Source: Elusimicrobiota bacterium (GTDB lineage: Bacteria > CG03 > SLGR01 > JAGXOG01). From it: DNA of 61,711 nucleotides. Under the pieces are notes generated by a model. It saw only the letters and a list, made by a program, of their open reading frames with translations. It was not told the origin of the DNA and did not search any database. Each line of letters begins with the position of its first letter. Position 1 is the first letter of the stretch. The position numbers were made by a program, and so were the translations under genes. The stretch is from the NCBI GenBank assembly GCA_051745145.1, contig JBNJDT010000007.1:1-61711 (forward strand), read 5' to 3'. This document shows, in pieces, positions 47,893 to 57,940 of this stretch.

Positions 47893-49307
47893 TGGAAATA
47901 GGTCCGGTAATTGTTGCATATGTAATTTTAGGAACTTTCCTGGGGGCCTTTATCTGTTCTATTCCAGCTTTGCATATATACAATGTAGCAGGGATAGCTA
48001 TGATTGCTTTTTTGAGTATCCGGGGTATTATACCGTATTATGCTCTGGGACCGTTTTTTATGTCCCTGGTGGTGGCGTTTGCTTTTATAAATACCGTACC
48101 CATGACTTTCTTTAATACGGCAGACGAATCGGCCGGGGCTTCTATGCTGCCCTCTACGGATATGGTTACCAGGGGGCGGGGAAAAGACGCCAGCCTTATG
48201 ACCGGTTTAGGGACGTTGACCGGAGTAGTATTTCTCGCTGTGTTGTATCCCTATTTTATGTATATATGGCCCTATATAGCTAGCGTTACCGGCCCCCATC
48301 TTCACTGGATTTTAGGGCTGGTGATAGTCCATTATTTAATGAGCGAGTGGCCTAAGGGCGCGGGCCGGGGGGATACTCCCTGGCAGAAGTTTAAAGAGGC
48401 CTGGCGGAACTTATTTGCGGGACTGGCCACTTTTACGCTGGCCGCTCTTTTCGGACTTATTTTTCTTACCAAACCTATACTTCCGATTGAATCCAGTTTC
48501 CAGAATGTAATGCCCATTTTTATAGGTTTTTTTGCCATACCCTCTATAATTCAGGCCCTTATATCTGATTACCAGCCTCCCGAGCAGTACGACAGTGATT
48601 ATGTAAACGCCGGCTGGGAAGATTTTTCGTATGGTTTACTGCCGGGTTTTGTAGGGGGAATGATGGCCGCTTATCTTCCGGCGGTAACTGCCGGGATAGG
48701 GGCTATGTGGTCCAGCCATGTTACAAATCACAGAAATTTAGAACGCACGGAATTCAGAGAACCCCAGGAAGAAGGAGAGTACAAACACCTCCATACTCCG
48801 GAAATGTTTTACAGACAGGAAAGAATTTTTCTTATTGCCGGGGGGATGATAAAACTTTTATACTACGTAGGGGCTTTTTTACTCTTATTTGTTCTTACCG
48901 AACTTACCCCTTACGGAACCGGCCGGGGAGGTTTAACTTTTATTCTAAAACCCATATTTACTCCCGAAAAAGGTGACTTTTTTGTTATGTTAAGTACTAT
49001 AATTTTCAGCGGATCTTTAGCTTTTTTGCTTTTAATATATATTGTGGACTGGATAATTAAAATTTTACCCAGGTTAAATTTAAAAATGATCTATGTTATG
49101 GCCCTGCTGGTTGTATTTTCAATAATATATTTTATAGGCGGCGGCTGGCTGGGGGTAGGTATATCCCTTATAACTACCAGCATAGGTCTAATCCCTGTCT
49201 TTTACAATTGCCGGCGCAGTCATTGCATGGCCGTGCTTTTAGTGCCTATAGCTGTTAATATGGCCGGCTACGGAGATGCTGTGGCCAGAATTTTCGGGTT
49301 AATTTAA
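47892..49307 (+). CDS. TctA/DUF112-family (tripartite tricarboxylate transporter-like) integral membrane protein
   Basis: About 11-12 TMs. GTFLGAFICSIPALHIYN, AFINTVPMTFF..DES..SMLPS.DMVTRGRG..A, IGFFAIP, C-terminal GLIPV...RRSHCMAVLLVP. Confidence 0.75.
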   Translation: MEIGPVIVAYVILGTFLGAFICSIPALHIYNVAGIAMIAFLSIRGIIPYYALGPFFMSLVVAFAFINTVPMTFFNTADESAGASMLPSTDMVTRGRGKDASLMTGLGTLTGVVFLAVLYPYFMYIWPYIASVTGPHLHWILGLVIVHYLMSEWPKGAGRGDTPWQKFKEAWRNLFAGLATFTLAALFGLIFLTKPILPIESSFQNVMPIFIGFFAIPSIIQALISDYQPPEQYDSDYVNAGWEDFSYGLLPGFVGGMMAAYLPAVTAGIGAMWSSHVTNHRNLERTEFREPQEEGEYKHLHTPEMFYRQERIFLIAGGMIKLLYYVGAFLLLFVLTELTPYGTGRGGLTFILKPIFTPEKGDFFVMLSTIIFSGSLAFLLLIYIVDWIIKILPRLNLKMIYVMALLVVFSIIYFIGGGWLGVGISLITTSIGLIPVFYNCRRSHCMAVLLVPIAVNMAGYGDAVARIFGLI

Positions 49308-49310
49308 GCT

Positions 49311-50453
49311 GTGAAAGGACTCACACATTTTGTATCGGGAGTGGCGGTTTCAACTTTCATACCCCAGGTAGTAAGGATGTCGGTTGCTTCAAGAATGGAT
49401 ATCCAGGGGGCATCTTCGAGTTTTATTATAGTCCTGGCCGGGCTGTACGGTATTATGCCCGATACTCTTGATTTTAAATTCGGTCAGTTTTTTCAGGACC
49501 CCGAGTATGAGATTGACCCCGATCCTGAAAACCCCGATCCCCAGAAGATGGCCCAGGCTTTTGCCAATGCCGTAGATCAGGCCGCAGAGACCGGGAAGGA
49601 AGTAAGAATTCAGTATTTTCCCATTCAGCTCGGGGGTAACAGATGGCGCCAGTACTGCATCTTTTTTGAAGGCAATGAAGTAATAGTTCAGATAAACGAG
49701 ATTGTCAGTACTTCCCAGATTCCCGTTGAAGGTACGGCCCCCAAGAAAAACAGGACCGGCAGAGCTACTTTCCATCATGACTTAAAACCGAAATCGGATG
49801 ATATAGACTGGCTAAATAGTATTGTCAGATTTGTAAGAAAAAAGATAAAGGGCAAGGAAAAGAAAAAAACTACTGTCAAGCCGTCCACCATAGATATACT
49901 CTCGAGCACCATGTTCGGACTGGAAAAGGAAGACGACGGTAAAATATATTTTAACTGGCTGCCCTGGCACAGGACCTGGAGCCATTCTTATGTTTTAGGA
50001 CTTCTCATATCTCTTCCGGTGGGGGTAATCACTTATATAATGGGGTTGGAGTTGTGGTGGTTGTATCCGGTGGTCGCTTTTATAGGATTTGCCACCCACT
50101 TAACCGAAGATATGACCGGACATATAGGGGGTTCGCTTTTGTGGCCCCTGTTAAAGCCCCGGACCGAAGGTCTTGAACTTGTCAAGGCAAGTGATCCGAG
50201 GACAAATTTTAGTCTCATATACACCTCTTTTATAATTATGATCTTTAATATAGACCGGTTTTCCACCCAGTTAATCACCGGCGGGCCGGAGGCGGCTATG
50301 CCCTGGTGGGTTTTTCTGGGCATATTCTGGGTATTGCCGCTGGTAATATATTTTATGGTTGTAAAAAAGGTAATCCAAAAAATACATCACCAGCCCGGGG
50401 CCGAGGAAGAGCACGACGAACCGGACGGTATTGGCGATGCGGTAGTAGATTAG
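49311..50453 (+). CDS. membrane-bound metal-dependent hydrolase (YdjM/DUF457-like) with large insertion
   Basis: MKGLTHF, GIMPDTLD, PWHRTWSHS, GFATHLTEDM, SLLWPL motifs. Confidence 0.8.
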   Translation: MKGLTHFVSGVAVSTFIPQVVRMSVASRMDIQGASSSFIIVLAGLYGIMPDTLDFKFGQFFQDPEYEIDPDPENPDPQKMAQAFANAVDQAAETGKEVRIQYFPIQLGGNRWRQYCIFFEGNEVIVQINEIVSTSQIPVEGTAPKKNRTGRATFHHDLKPKSDDIDWLNSIVRFVRKKIKGKEKKKTTVKPSTIDILSSTMFGLEKEDDGKIYFNWLPWHRTWSHSYVLGLLISLPVGVITYIMGLELWWLYPVVAFIGFATHLTEDMTGHIGGSLLWPLLKPRTEGLELVKASDPRTNFSLIYTSFIIMIFNIDRFSTQLITGGPEAAMPWWVFLGIFWVLPLVIYFMVVKKVIQKIHHQPGAEEEHDEPDGIGDAVVD

Positions 50454-50519
50454 TTATTAAACTAAATCCCACCTTTTTATCAGAAAGAATTAAATAAAAT
50501 CATTTTAGGGAGTTAATCA

Positions 50520-51503
50520 GTGGAATTAGAAAAAATTAAGGAAAAAATAGAAAAAGAGAGTAAATTTGTCCCGGAACTGGTTAACCAGATGGGGAAAGTC
50601 ATTGTCGGTCAGAAAAAGCTGATCAATAGACTTTTAATAGGAATTTTGTGCCGGCGGCACCTTCTTTTAGAAGGAGTACCGGGGCTGGCTAAGACCCTTT
50701 CTGTGAGCACGCTCTCTAAGGTACTTGATTTAAATTTTAAAAGAATACAGTTTACTCCCGATCTGCTTCCGGCCGATCTTATAGGAACGTTAATATATAA
50801 TCCCAAGGAGTCGGAATTTATCCCTAAACTGGGTCCCGTTTTTTCCCAGATTATACTGGCCGATGAGATAAACAGGGCCCCCGCAAAAGTGCAGAGCGCC
50901 CTTTTAGAGGCCATGCAGGAAAAACAGGTGACTATAGGTGAAACTACCCATAAATTGCCCGTACCGTTTTTGGTGTTGGCCACCCAGAATCCCATCGAAC
51001 AGGAGGGGACGTATCCTTTGCCCGAGGCCCAGGTGGATAGGTTTATGCTCAAGGTAAAAATCGGTTATACCGATAAAAAAGAAGAGAAAAAAATACTTGA
51101 CAGAGTTGCCCTCCGGGGACTTGAAGAACCGGAGAGCGTAATAAGTAACCGGGATTTAAAGAGGGCCCAGCAGGCAGTGGATATAATATATGTAGATGAG
51201 AGAATTAAAAACTATGTGGTTGACCTTGTTTTTGCATCCAGAAATCCCCGGAAAGAGGGACTTGAGGATTTAGACAGACTTATCGAATACGGGGCCAGCC
51301 CCAGGGCCAGCATATATATGATAGAGGCGGCCCGGGCCCAGGCTTTTATTAACGGCAGGGGGTATGTAATACCGGAAGATATAAAAGAGATAGGATACGA
51401 TGTTTTAAGACACCGGATTATTGTAAGTTATGAAGCGGAAGCGGAAGAAGTTACTTCCGAAGAGATAATAGATCAAATATTTGAAAACACAAAAATACCT
51501 TAA
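50520..51503 (+). CDS. moxR: MoxR-family AAA+ ATPase
   Basis: HLLLEGVPGLAKT (Walker A), RIQFTPDLLPADLIG, LADEINRAPAKVQSALLEAMQE, ATQNPIEQEGTYPLPEAQVDRF, GASPRA. Confidence 0.97.
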   Translation: MELEKIKEKIEKESKFVPELVNQMGKVIVGQKKLINRLLIGILCRRHLLLEGVPGLAKTLSVSTLSKVLDLNFKRIQFTPDLLPADLIGTLIYNPKESEFIPKLGPVFSQIILADEINRAPAKVQSALLEAMQEKQVTIGETTHKLPVPFLVLATQNPIEQEGTYPLPEAQVDRFMLKVKIGYTDKKEEKKILDRVALRGLEEPESVISNRDLKRAQQAVDIIYVDERIKNYVVDLVFASRNPRKEGLEDLDRLIEYGASPRASIYMIEAARAQAFINGRGYVIPEDIKEIGYDVLRHRIIVSYEAEAEEVTSEEIIDQIFENTKIP

Positions 51504-51566
51504 ATTAAAGCCGTTATTTCCGGCGGGTTGAAATAAATACTAATCTACAGGGACTTTTAAAATTTA

Positions 51567-52445
51567 ATGGAAAAAGAAGAGACAGCCTTATTTAAAAATA
51601 TACTTAAAATATTTTTTAAAGTTAAAAAGTCCGTGGAAAATGTGTTTGCCGGGGAGTACAGGAGTGTTTTTAAGGGGACCGGGCTTGAATTTGAAGAAGT
51701 AAGAGAATACGTACCCGGAGATGATATACGAAATATCGATTGGAAAGTAACCGCCCGTTACGGCAAGCCGTTTATCCAAAAATTTGTAGAAGAAAGAGAA
51801 CTCACCCTGTTAATTTTACTGGATTTAAGTCCGTCCCTTAATTTTGGCAGTCAAAAAACAAAAAAACAGATGGCTGCCGAGATTACCGCTCTTTTAGCTT
51901 GGTCGGCCATAGTGAATAACGACCGGGTGGGAATGCTTGTATTTTCGGATATAATAGAAGAGTATGTAAAGCCGAGGAAGGACAGGCATCAGATACTTAA
52001 GCTTATCCGGGAAGTGCTTACCTACGACGTTAAAGGTAAAAAAACCGACCTGGGTAAAGCCCTTGAATACGCCTACAATATGACAAATAAAAGAGCTATT
52101 ATATTTGTAGTCAGTGATTTTTTAGGGGATGGATTTATGAAGCCCCTTAAGATACTCTCTTTAAAACACGATGTCATTCCGGTTATAATATCGGATCCCT
52201 GGGAAACTCACGATAAATTTCCGAAAATTAAAAATGATATGGTTTTCGAAGACAGCGAGAGTGGAGAATTATTTTATCTTTCTAAAAATAAATACGGTAA
52301 AATAAAGACTGAGTTGAAAGAATTAAACCGGACCAGGAAAGAAAATTTTAAAGATATAAAGCTCGATTACGTGGAACTTTTTACCGACCGCCCTTATTTT
52401 AAAGATCTCTTCTCATATTTTAAAAGAAGATTTAAAAAGAGATGA
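51567..52445 (+). CDS. DUF58 domain protein (MoxR partner)
   Basis: GEYRSVFKGTGLEFEEVREYVPGDDIRNIDWKVTAR, FVEEREL, LDLSPSLNFGS. Confidence 0.95.
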   Translation: MEKEETALFKNILKIFFKVKKSVENVFAGEYRSVFKGTGLEFEEVREYVPGDDIRNIDWKVTARYGKPFIQKFVEERELTLLILLDLSPSLNFGSQKTKKQMAAEITALLAWSAIVNNDRVGMLVFSDIIEEYVKPRKDRHQILKLIREVLTYDVKGKKTDLGKALEYAYNMTNKRAIIFVVSDFLGDGFMKPLKILSLKHDVIPVIISDPWETHDKFPKIKNDMVFEDSESGELFYLSKNKYGKIKTELKELNRTRKENFKDIKLDYVELFTDRPYFKDLFSYFKRRFKKR

Positions 52446-53251
52446 AACGGCTTATCTTTTCGCTGCTGCTGGTGGCAAATTTCGGGGCAGGAATACTCTA
52501 TTCCCGGACGGCTGAAAAACTAAAGACCGGATTGGGAAGAAAGACTGCTCTGGAAATAGAATTGAATGATTATGAAAATGTTAAAGGCGTGGAATTAGAC
52601 TCTGAAGATATCCATATATTTGAAAAAGAGCTTAAAAATAACCGGATTAAAATTACGCTGGGAGTCTATAAGACGGGAGATATCAAGATACCGGTCAAAC
52701 TCTATTATTTAAAAGAAGATATGATTAAAGAAAAATTTCTTTCGCCGGTTAAAATAAGCGTAACTGAAAAAGAACCCGAAGATGAAAATATACGGCCTCT
52801 TAAAACTGTTGTGGGCAAATTGTCACTCTGGTGGATAGCCGGGGCAGTTATTCTTCTGGTAGTAATTGTCGCTGTATTTATGGGGAAAAGAAGACAGCCC
52901 CAAAAAAAGCCGGATAAAATTTTGTCATGGACTGAATTAGCCTTAAGGAATCTTAAAAAATTAAAGAAAAGAAATTTACCCGGTAAAGAAAAGTACAAAG
53001 ATTATTATGAGGGAATATCCTACTGTGTCAGGGAGTATCTGGAAAATAAGTACAGTGTTAAAGCTTTGCGGCTCACCCGCTGGGAATTAAAAGCAGAATT
53101 AGAAAATGTTCTGGAAGATAAAAATTTTAACCGGACTGTAGAACTTTTAAAAGAATGCGATTTGGTGAAATTCGCTCCGAAAGGCAGAAAACCAAGATAC
53201 GTAGAAAAAGTTTGGGACGAGGCATTTAATTTAATTAAATATGATATTTGA
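52442..53251 (+). CDS. Bat-operon associated membrane protein
   Basis: Signal peptide, one TM, YYEGISYCVREYLE...ALRLT..EL...CDLVKFA, typical of the gene between DUF58 and batA. Confidence 0.75.
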   Translation: MKRLIFSLLLVANFGAGILYSRTAEKLKTGLGRKTALEIELNDYENVKGVELDSEDIHIFEKELKNNRIKITLGVYKTGDIKIPVKLYYLKEDMIKEKFLSPVKISVTEKEPEDENIRPLKTVVGKLSLWWIAGAVILLVVIVAVFMGKRRQPQKKPDKILSWTELALRNLKKLKKRNLPGKEKYKDYYEGISYCVREYLENKYSVKALRLTRWELKAELENVLEDKNFNRTVELLKECDLVKFAPKGRKPRYVEKVWDEAFNLIKYDI

Positions 53252-54227
53252 AGCTCCATATTATTTATTGTTTTTAATTCCTCTGGGTTACATAGTATAT
53301 TTAAAATTAAATCAGAGTCCCGGGTCGGTAGAGTACTCCCTGACCGGTTATTTAAAAGAAGCGGTAAGAGAAAGTAACTACAGTAGATACATTCATATTT
53401 TTCTCAGGTCTTTGGTCCTTACATTGCTTATCATAGCCTTAGCCAGACCCCAGAGAAGTCTTAAAGATAAATCTCCGGTAACTCCGGCAGTGGATATTGT
53501 ACTTGCTTTAGATGTTTCAGCCAGTATGAGAGCTTTGGATTTTGGAGCTAAAAACAGGATGGAGGCAGCTTTAATCGGGGCCAGTGATTTTATAAAGGCC
53601 CGCCGTATGGACAGAATAGGAATAGTGGTTTTTTCCGGAGTTTCTCTTTTACACGCCCCCCTTACTACAGATACCCGGGCCTTACTCCGGCTAAATGACT
53701 ACATAGAAGCGGATATGCTGGATAATCCGGGAACGGCAATAGGGTCAGGCATTTCAATGGGACTGAAATATCTTAAAAAAGCGGATGCGCCTTCCCAGGT
53801 TATTGTGCTTTTATCCGACGGAGCCAATAATTCGGGAGATATAGCTCCCCGGACAGCGGCCCGGGCGGCTAAAGCTATGGACGTAAAAATTTATACTATC
53901 GGGTGCGGCCGTCCCGGTCCCGCAAAAGTTCCCGTAAAACATCCGGATAATCAGTTTAAAACCCGTATGGTTAAGGTAACTGACGAATTGGATGAAGAGA
54001 CATTAAAGGAAATAGCAGATAATACGGGGGGAAAGTATTTCAGGGCCACATCCCTGAGAAAACTTGAGGATATTTACGCGGAAATAGATAAAATGGAAAA
54101 AAGAGATGTTGCAAGAGCGGGTTATTACGGGGTCGCCGAAATATATCACTACTTTTTGTATGCCGGTCTGCTGGTGATAGGGCTGGAGTTAATATTGAGG
54201 TTTTTTAAACCCGGGCTGTTCTTATGA
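53241..54227 (+). CDS. batA: BatA vWA-domain protein
   Basis: N-terminal FEAPYYL, IIALARPQ, MIDAS DVSASM, GTAIGSGI, LLSDGANNSG, KIYTIG, LDEETLKEIA..TGGKYFRA. Confidence 0.92.
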   Translation: MIFEAPYYLLFLIPLGYIVYLKLNQSPGSVEYSLTGYLKEAVRESNYSRYIHIFLRSLVLTLLIIALARPQRSLKDKSPVTPAVDIVLALDVSASMRALDFGAKNRMEAALIGASDFIKARRMDRIGIVVFSGVSLLHAPLTTDTRALLRLNDYIEADMLDNPGTAIGSGISMGLKYLKKADAPSQVIVLLSDGANNSGDIAPRTAARAAKAMDVKIYTIGCGRPGPAKVPVKHPDNQFKTRMVKVTDELDEETLKEIADNTGGKYFRATSLRKLEDIYAEIDKMEKRDVARAGYYGVAEIYHYFLYAGLLVIGLELILRFFKPGLFL

Positions 54228-55216
54228 AGTGGGAAAATAGTATATTTCTCTATCTATTACTGTTAATACCTTTTATAGGTCTGGGACTGCTCTACCGGGA
54301 ACTTAAGAGACTCTCGAATTTTAAGGAAATGATTAATGTTGAAGGCATTGTTCAGTATTCATCCCGTAAAATTATAATAAAACTGTTCTTACTTATTGGG
54401 GGTATAGTCTTTTTGATTATAGCTGCCGCCGGACCCAGGTGGGGCATGAAAGAAGAGAAAGTAAAAAGACCGGTACAGGATGTAATAATTGTTACCGATA
54501 TCTCTTCGAGCATGGGCGCAGAAGATATTACCCCTTCCCGGATTAAGGCGGCCCGGAATAAAATTAATTTTATAATAGATGAATTATCCCGCTGCCGGCT
54601 GGGACTTATATTTTTCGGGGGTTCAGCTTTTATCCATTGCCCGGTTACTTTTGATACCGGCGCAGCAAAATCATTTATAAAGGATGCCTGGAAAGATGTG
54701 ACCCTCCTTCCGGGGACCAATATAGAAAAAGCAATATCTCTTGGGATAGAGGCGTTTCCTGCTTCAAAAAAAGACGCCCGCCGTTATATATTGCTGGTGA
54801 CAGACGGGGAAGAGCTCCAGGGTAATTATGAGAGAACTATAAATTCCCTGAAAAAAGAAGATGTAAAAGTAATTACCTACGGAATAGGAACAACTCAGGG
54901 CGCCCGGATACCTTTTTACGAAGACGGAAAGCTCACCGGATTTAAAAAAGATCAGACCGGGGGGACGGTAGTGTCCCGTCTGGGAGAAAATTTACTTGCA
55001 CATCTTGCAAAAGAGTCCGGGGGTAAATACGTCAGGTATACTAAAAATTTTGATGATATATCAGAAATTTCCGGCAGTGTGAAGGTGAGAACCGAAGAGG
55101 AAAACCGGATTGATACTTTAAGTAAATTTAAAATGAGATATCAGCTTCCACTCTTGCTGGGAATAGTTTTACTTGCGGCAGGTTTTATGATGGGAAACCG
55201 GGGGAAATTAAGATGA
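54224..55216 (+). CDS. batB: BatB vWA-domain protein
   Basis: IAAAGPRWG, DISSSMGAEDITPSRI, GTNIEKAI, LLVTDGEE, GIGTTQGARIP, VVSRLGE..L..LAKESGGKY. Confidence 0.9.
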   Translation: MKWENSIFLYLLLLIPFIGLGLLYRELKRLSNFKEMINVEGIVQYSSRKIIIKLFLLIGGIVFLIIAAAGPRWGMKEEKVKRPVQDVIIVTDISSSMGAEDITPSRIKAARNKINFIIDELSRCRLGLIFFGGSAFIHCPVTFDTGAAKSFIKDAWKDVTLLPGTNIEKAISLGIEAFPASKKDARRYILLVTDGEELQGNYERTINSLKKEDVKVITYGIGTTQGARIPFYEDGKLTGFKKDQTGGTVVSRLGENLLAHLAKESGGKYVRYTKNFDDISEISGSVKVRTEEENRIDTLSKFKMRYQLPLLLGIVLLAAGFMMGNRGKLR

Positions 55217-55824
55217 AGAAAGCAGTCTGGGTAATTACTTTGGTTTTAACGGGGACTTTAAAAATCGGGGCTACTTTACCGGGGCTTATAAATGAGGGCA
55301 ATAAATTATATGAAAACTCTGAATACCAAGAAGCTTCCAAACTTTATAAAAAAGCGCTGGAAAAGAAAGAAGATTCTGTAATATATTATAATCTGGGTAA
55401 TGCGGCCTTTAAACTTGAAAACTACAGCCGGGCCGCGGACTATTATGAAAAAAGTTTGAATGCGAAAGATGAAAACTTAAGACAAAAAGCTTCTTATAAC
55501 CTTGGAAATACAAAATACAGGGAAGAGGAAATTGAGAACGCCGTGGGGTACTGGAAAGAAGCCCTTATAATGGATCCCGACGATAATGCCGCGAGACATA
55601 ATTTATTAATTGGTTTAAAAAAGCTGGAAGAGGAAGAGAAAGAGAAGAAAAAAGAAGAAGAACAGGACGATGAGGACAAAAATAACGGCAAAGGCCAGGG
55701 GGATGAAGAAGAAGACCCTACGGTGGACCGGGTTTTAAAACTTATGGAGCACAATGAAAAAAAGATAAAGAGAGAACTGAAGTTTGATATTTCCGATTTT
55801 TACGGTATAGAGAAGTTATGGTAA
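55213..55824 (+). CDS. batC: BatC-like TPR protein
   Basis: EGNKLY...A..YKKAL, YYNLGNA, SYNLGNTKY, ARHNL, acidic linker, terminal EKLW; position after batB. Confidence 0.8.
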   Translation: MKKAVWVITLVLTGTLKIGATLPGLINEGNKLYENSEYQEASKLYKKALEKKEDSVIYYNLGNAAFKLENYSRAADYYEKSLNAKDENLRQKASYNLGNTKYREEEIENAVGYWKEALIMDPDDNAARHNLLIGLKKLEEEEKEKKKEEEQDDEDKNNGKGQGDEEEDPTVDRVLKLMEHNEKKIKRELKFDISDFYGIEKLW

Positions 55825-57896
55825 AATTAATTCTGTTAACCGGTCTCCTTCTGTTTCCCGGGTTAAATGTATACGGCCGGAAAGTTTACAGGGTGGAATC
55901 TTCTCCGGCTAAAGCCGCAGAAGAAAATTTTGTTGTTAAACATGAGGTAGATAAAGAAGAAGTTTATGTGGGGGAGCAGGTTATTTACACTTTTAAATTT
56001 TATCGCCGGGCGCCGGTTTTAGATTCGCCGGCCTTAGAATCCCCCCCTTTTCCAAGCTGCATTAAGGAAGATCTGGGGACTACTTCGGATATTATACGTT
56101 CTTCGGAGGGTAGAAATTATGTTTTGACAAAGGTGAAATACGCAATTTTTCCTTTGGAGACCGGAAGAATTAATCTGGGATCCGCTGAAATTACTGTAAC
56201 TGTAGAGGGAGTGGACGGAGTAGAGGGGGTATTTCAGTTTAAGACAGAAGAAGAAAAGAAATTCGCCACGGAAGATTTATTTCTTGAAGTAAAGCCGTTG
56301 CCCGATGAGGGAAAACCGGCCGATTTTTCCGGGGCCGTGGGCGATTTTACCATGAGAGTAAAACCCGAAAAAAATATCATTGACCAGGGCGAACCGGTTA
56401 TTCTGGCCATGGAGGTGAAAGGACGCGGGGATCTCAGGCTGGCGGATCAGCCGGTTTTACCCCGGTTGAAAAATTTTAAAGTCATAGATACAGAAACATC
56501 TTATAAAGTTGATAAGAAAAATAATAATATTTACGGCGAGAAATTTTTTCTTACAACTTTAGTTTCTTCAGTCGCCGGAAAATTTGAAATTTCTCCGGTA
56601 AAATTCAGTTATTTTAATCCTATTAATAAGGAGTACCTAACAGCAAAAACCCGGCCTATATCTATTGAAGTAAAATCCGCTTCCGGGACTTTGACAACCG
56701 AAGACAGGGAATTTAAAAAAATAGATTCTGATATAAAAGGTATAACCGGCCACTTGGGAAAAAGGGCCGGAGAACCGTTTTACCGTAAAACCGGTTTTAA
56801 ACTGATTGCCGGCCTTCCTCTTTATCTTTGGCTCTTTGCACTGGGGACTAATTTTTTAAAAAAATTCTCCGGTAATCCCAAAAAATCCGGAGAACTAAAA
56901 AAAGCAAAAATTAAAGAAAAACTTCAAAAGGCCCAAAAAAAGCTGGAGGCCGGAGAAACCGGGGAAGTCTATAAAATAATTGAAGACATTGCCGGATTTA
57001 CGGAAAATTTACCCGGGGATGGAAAAGATATTTTAAACCGGGCCCGGGAATTCGGGTATTCTCCCAAAAAACCGGAAAATCCCGAAAAGGTTCGAAAAGA
57101 TCTGGACAGGTTTATAGATATTATTAATAAAACTCTAAAAACAGTGGTAGTATTGAGTTTATTATGTCCGTTTTTAGCTTTTGGCAGGGGTCATGCGGCC
57201 GAGGGTATAAAACAGAAGCAGGATGTAGAAAAAACTTTTCAAAAAGCTAATAAATTTTACAGAAACGGGGAGTATAGTTTGGCTGTCCGGAATTATAAAA
57301 AAATCTTAAATTTCGACCGGGAAAACAGGAATTATGAGGGAGTTTTTTATAACCTGGGAAATACATACTGGAAACTTAAAAAGACGGGGCTGGCCCGGCT
57401 TTACTGGGAGCGGGCGTATAAGGTAAATCCAAAGAATAAAGACGCAGAAAATAATATAGATTTACTTAAAGAGCATATAAATGATAAAAACTTTTCCCCG
57501 CCGTTTTACGGAAAAATCCTGGAGACTGTTACTCCGGGAAATATTATTTTAATTGTGGTAGCCGGGGGCTGGATTTTTAGTTTAAGTTTTTTGGGATTTT
57601 ATCTGTGGGGGAAGAAAGAACTTATATGGCCGGGAATGGGGGGGGGGATTATCTTTTTGGGAATGCTTATAGTATTCCACATAGTCTATACCGGTAAATC
57701 CGTATCCGGGGAAGCTGTAATTGTGCGGGATTCTAACATATATTCAGATCCTGCGGATAAGACCGCACAGGTGGGTAAATTATCCGAAGGAGAAAAGGTT
57801 TTATTTAAAGTTAATGAGGGGGGCTGGGTCCAGGTATTATTGGCGGATGAGGATATAAGAGTGTGGCTGCCCGAAGATAAGATAAAAAAGATTTAG
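55818..57896 (+). CDS. batD: BatD-BatE fusion (BatD domains + TPR + TM + SH3)
   Basis: VYVGEQV.YTFKFY and LEVKPLP..GKPADFSGAVGDF (BatD). The C-terminal half FQKANKFYRNGEY...FYNLGNTY..L..TGLARLYWERA...TMs...GKLSEGEKV...WVQV..VWLP is BatE-like. Confidence 0.85.
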   Translation: MVKLILLTGLLLFPGLNVYGRKVYRVESSPAKAAEENFVVKHEVDKEEVYVGEQVIYTFKFYRRAPVLDSPALESPPFPSCIKEDLGTTSDIIRSSEGRNYVLTKVKYAIFPLETGRINLGSAEITVTVEGVDGVEGVFQFKTEEEKKFATEDLFLEVKPLPDEGKPADFSGAVGDFTMRVKPEKNIIDQGEPVILAMEVKGRGDLRLADQPVLPRLKNFKVIDTETSYKVDKKNNNIYGEKFFLTTLVSSVAGKFEISPVKFSYFNPINKEYLTAKTRPISIEVKSASGTLTTEDREFKKIDSDIKGITGHLGKRAGEPFYRKTGFKLIAGLPLYLWLFALGTNFLKKFSGNPKKSGELKKAKIKEKLQKAQKKLEAGETGEVYKIIEDIAGFTENLPGDGKDILNRAREFGYSPKKPENPEKVRKDLDRFIDIINKTLKTVVVLSLLCPFLAFGRGHAAEGIKQKQDVEKTFQKANKFYRNGEYSLAVRNYKKILNFDRENRNYEGVFYNLGNTYWKLKKTGLARLYWERAYKVNPKNKDAENNIDLLKEHINDKNFSPPFYGKILETVTPGNIILIVVAGGWIFSLSFLGFYLWGKKELIWPGMGGGIIFLGMLIVFHIVYTGKSVSGEAVIVRDSNIYSDPADKTAQVGKLSEGEKVLFKVNEGGWVQVLLADEDIRVWLPEDKIKKI

Positions 57897-57940
57897 ATTG
57901 ATTTTTTATTTTTTAATTAGTATATTTTATAGTTAATATT

